Position numbers and translations under genes: made by a program. Of a stretch of 64,000 bases of DNA, positions 63,289 through 64,000 are shown in pieces. Source of the DNA: Amoebidium appalachense (lineage: Eukaryota; Protista; Ichthyosporea). How positions within the stretch are numbered: the first letter of the stretch is position 1; each line of letters opens with the position of its first letter. The notes beneath the pieces were generated by a model. It saw only the letters and a program-made list of their open reading frames with translations, had not been told where the DNA came from and did no database searches. The stretch spans positions 5,519,999-5,583,998 of the forward strand of contig CAVNZM010000003.1 of NCBI GenBank assembly GCA_963693365.1, in the 5' to 3' direction.

Positions 63289-63519
63289 TTATACCTGCGC
63301 GGAGGAGGCCGACGCGTACACGCCGTAGATGAGGTACGCAAACACGGTGACCACCAGGGCCACCATCACGGCAGTGTTCGAGGCCTCGTACCTGTTCTTC
63401 ACGGCGGCCTCGACGCACTTCTCCTTCGTCATGGCGCTGTACAGGCTCATGAACCCGGCCATGGAGCCGACGGCGAGCGCCCAGAAGACAAACATCATCA
63501 CGTTGGCGAGCACGGACAT
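63289..63519 (-). CDS. Small two-TM membrane protein
   Basis: VLANVMMFVFWALAVGSMAGF and AVMVALVVTVFAYLIYGVYA. Confidence 0.6.
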   Translation of the reverse strand: MSVLANVMMFVFWALAVGSMAGFMSLYSAMTKEKCVEAAVKNRYEASNTAVMVALVVTVFAYLIYGVYASASSAQV

Positions 63520-63582
63520 TGTTGACCAAGGGAATAATGCGGTGGGGTGTGGCCAAAGCTGCATTATGTGGGGCAAGAGCAA

Positions 63583-64000
63583 ATGAGCATGAGCCAGGAT
63601 GATCTTAACAGGGCTATAGAGATCCTCACGAAATTGAAGTTTGGGGGTGGAGGGCCGAGTGGCATCGTGCAAACACAGGACATCAAGAGTGTAACCGATA
63701 TGATCGCCAAGCTGTTGAACCAAAACAACGCCGTCATCTCGAGCCACCAGAAAGTGATAGGCGACATCTACAACAAACTCCCGCCGGCCATCGAAACTGC
63801 CCTGCAATCATTTGCCAGTGACAACTCCACTGCTACAATGGCTGTGGAGCTGGTGTTTTCGGACATGCCCACTTTGGACAAGGACGGGAATATAAACAAG
63901 GACTCGAAGGAGGTCGTGTGGAAGTTGCCCATTGACATGTCCCGGTTCCGCGAGCAGCTGAACGGGACCAACCGCAGCAACGGCGCGCTCACACGCGAGA
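63583..64000 (+). CDS. Hypothetical protein, partial (MSMSQDDLNRAIEIL...), runs off the right edge
   Basis: Frame open from the ATG at 63583 to the window end. Confidence 0.65.
   Translation, partial: MSMSQDDLNRAIEILTKLKFGGGGPSGIVQTQDIKSVTDMIAKLLNQNNAVISSHQKVIGDIYNKLPPAIETALQSFASDNSTATMAVELVFSDMPTLDKDGNINKDSKEVVWKLPIDMSRFREQLNGTNRSNGALTRE

Larger units (their letters stand above)
35900..64000. mobile_element. Giant endogenous viral element (Nucleocytoviricota-like); left boundary uncertain, continues past the right edge
   Basis: Dense intronless ORFs; SF3 helicase, A22-like resolvase, penton-like, Nudix, KilA-N and Bro-like genes; host microsatellites vanish after ~40.2 kb. Confidence 0.85.

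Overview
Eukaryotic genomic DNA with two compartments. (1) About 1-36 kb is host-like, with poly-G/C tracts, (CA)n/(GA)n microsatellites and GT-AG introns. It holds a Ty1/copia gag-pol that is split by a 932-bp solo LTR with a 5-bp TSD and runs off the left edge, a diverged ~2.5-kb duplication, a ~670-bp near-perfect hairpin, a double-AP2-domain gene, a 5'-truncated 5S rRNA copy, many minisatellites, and a multi-exon KDM4-like JmjN/JmjC demethylase gene whose catalytic residues are intact. (2) From ~36 kb, and clearly from ~40.3 kb to the right edge, the DNA is gene-dense, intronless and nearly free of microsatellites, and it looks like an endogenised giant virus (Nucleocytoviricota-like). It encodes an SF3/D5-type helicase, an A22/RuvC-like resolvase, a penton-like protein, a Nudix protein, KilA-N and Bro-like DNA-binding genes, a DUF559-like nuclease, two CE-clan-like proteases and membrane/secreted proteins. 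A recurrent GGTATAAAAG box precedes several of these genes. Most notable: short palindromes recur at the same variable position in the viral DNA-binding genes; a 3.5-kb foldback-like unit with inverted 50-bp arrays surrounds an orphan ORF at the host/virus boundary; and the KDM4-like gene lies next to the viral insert. All family assignments come from motif recognition by eye; no database searches were run.
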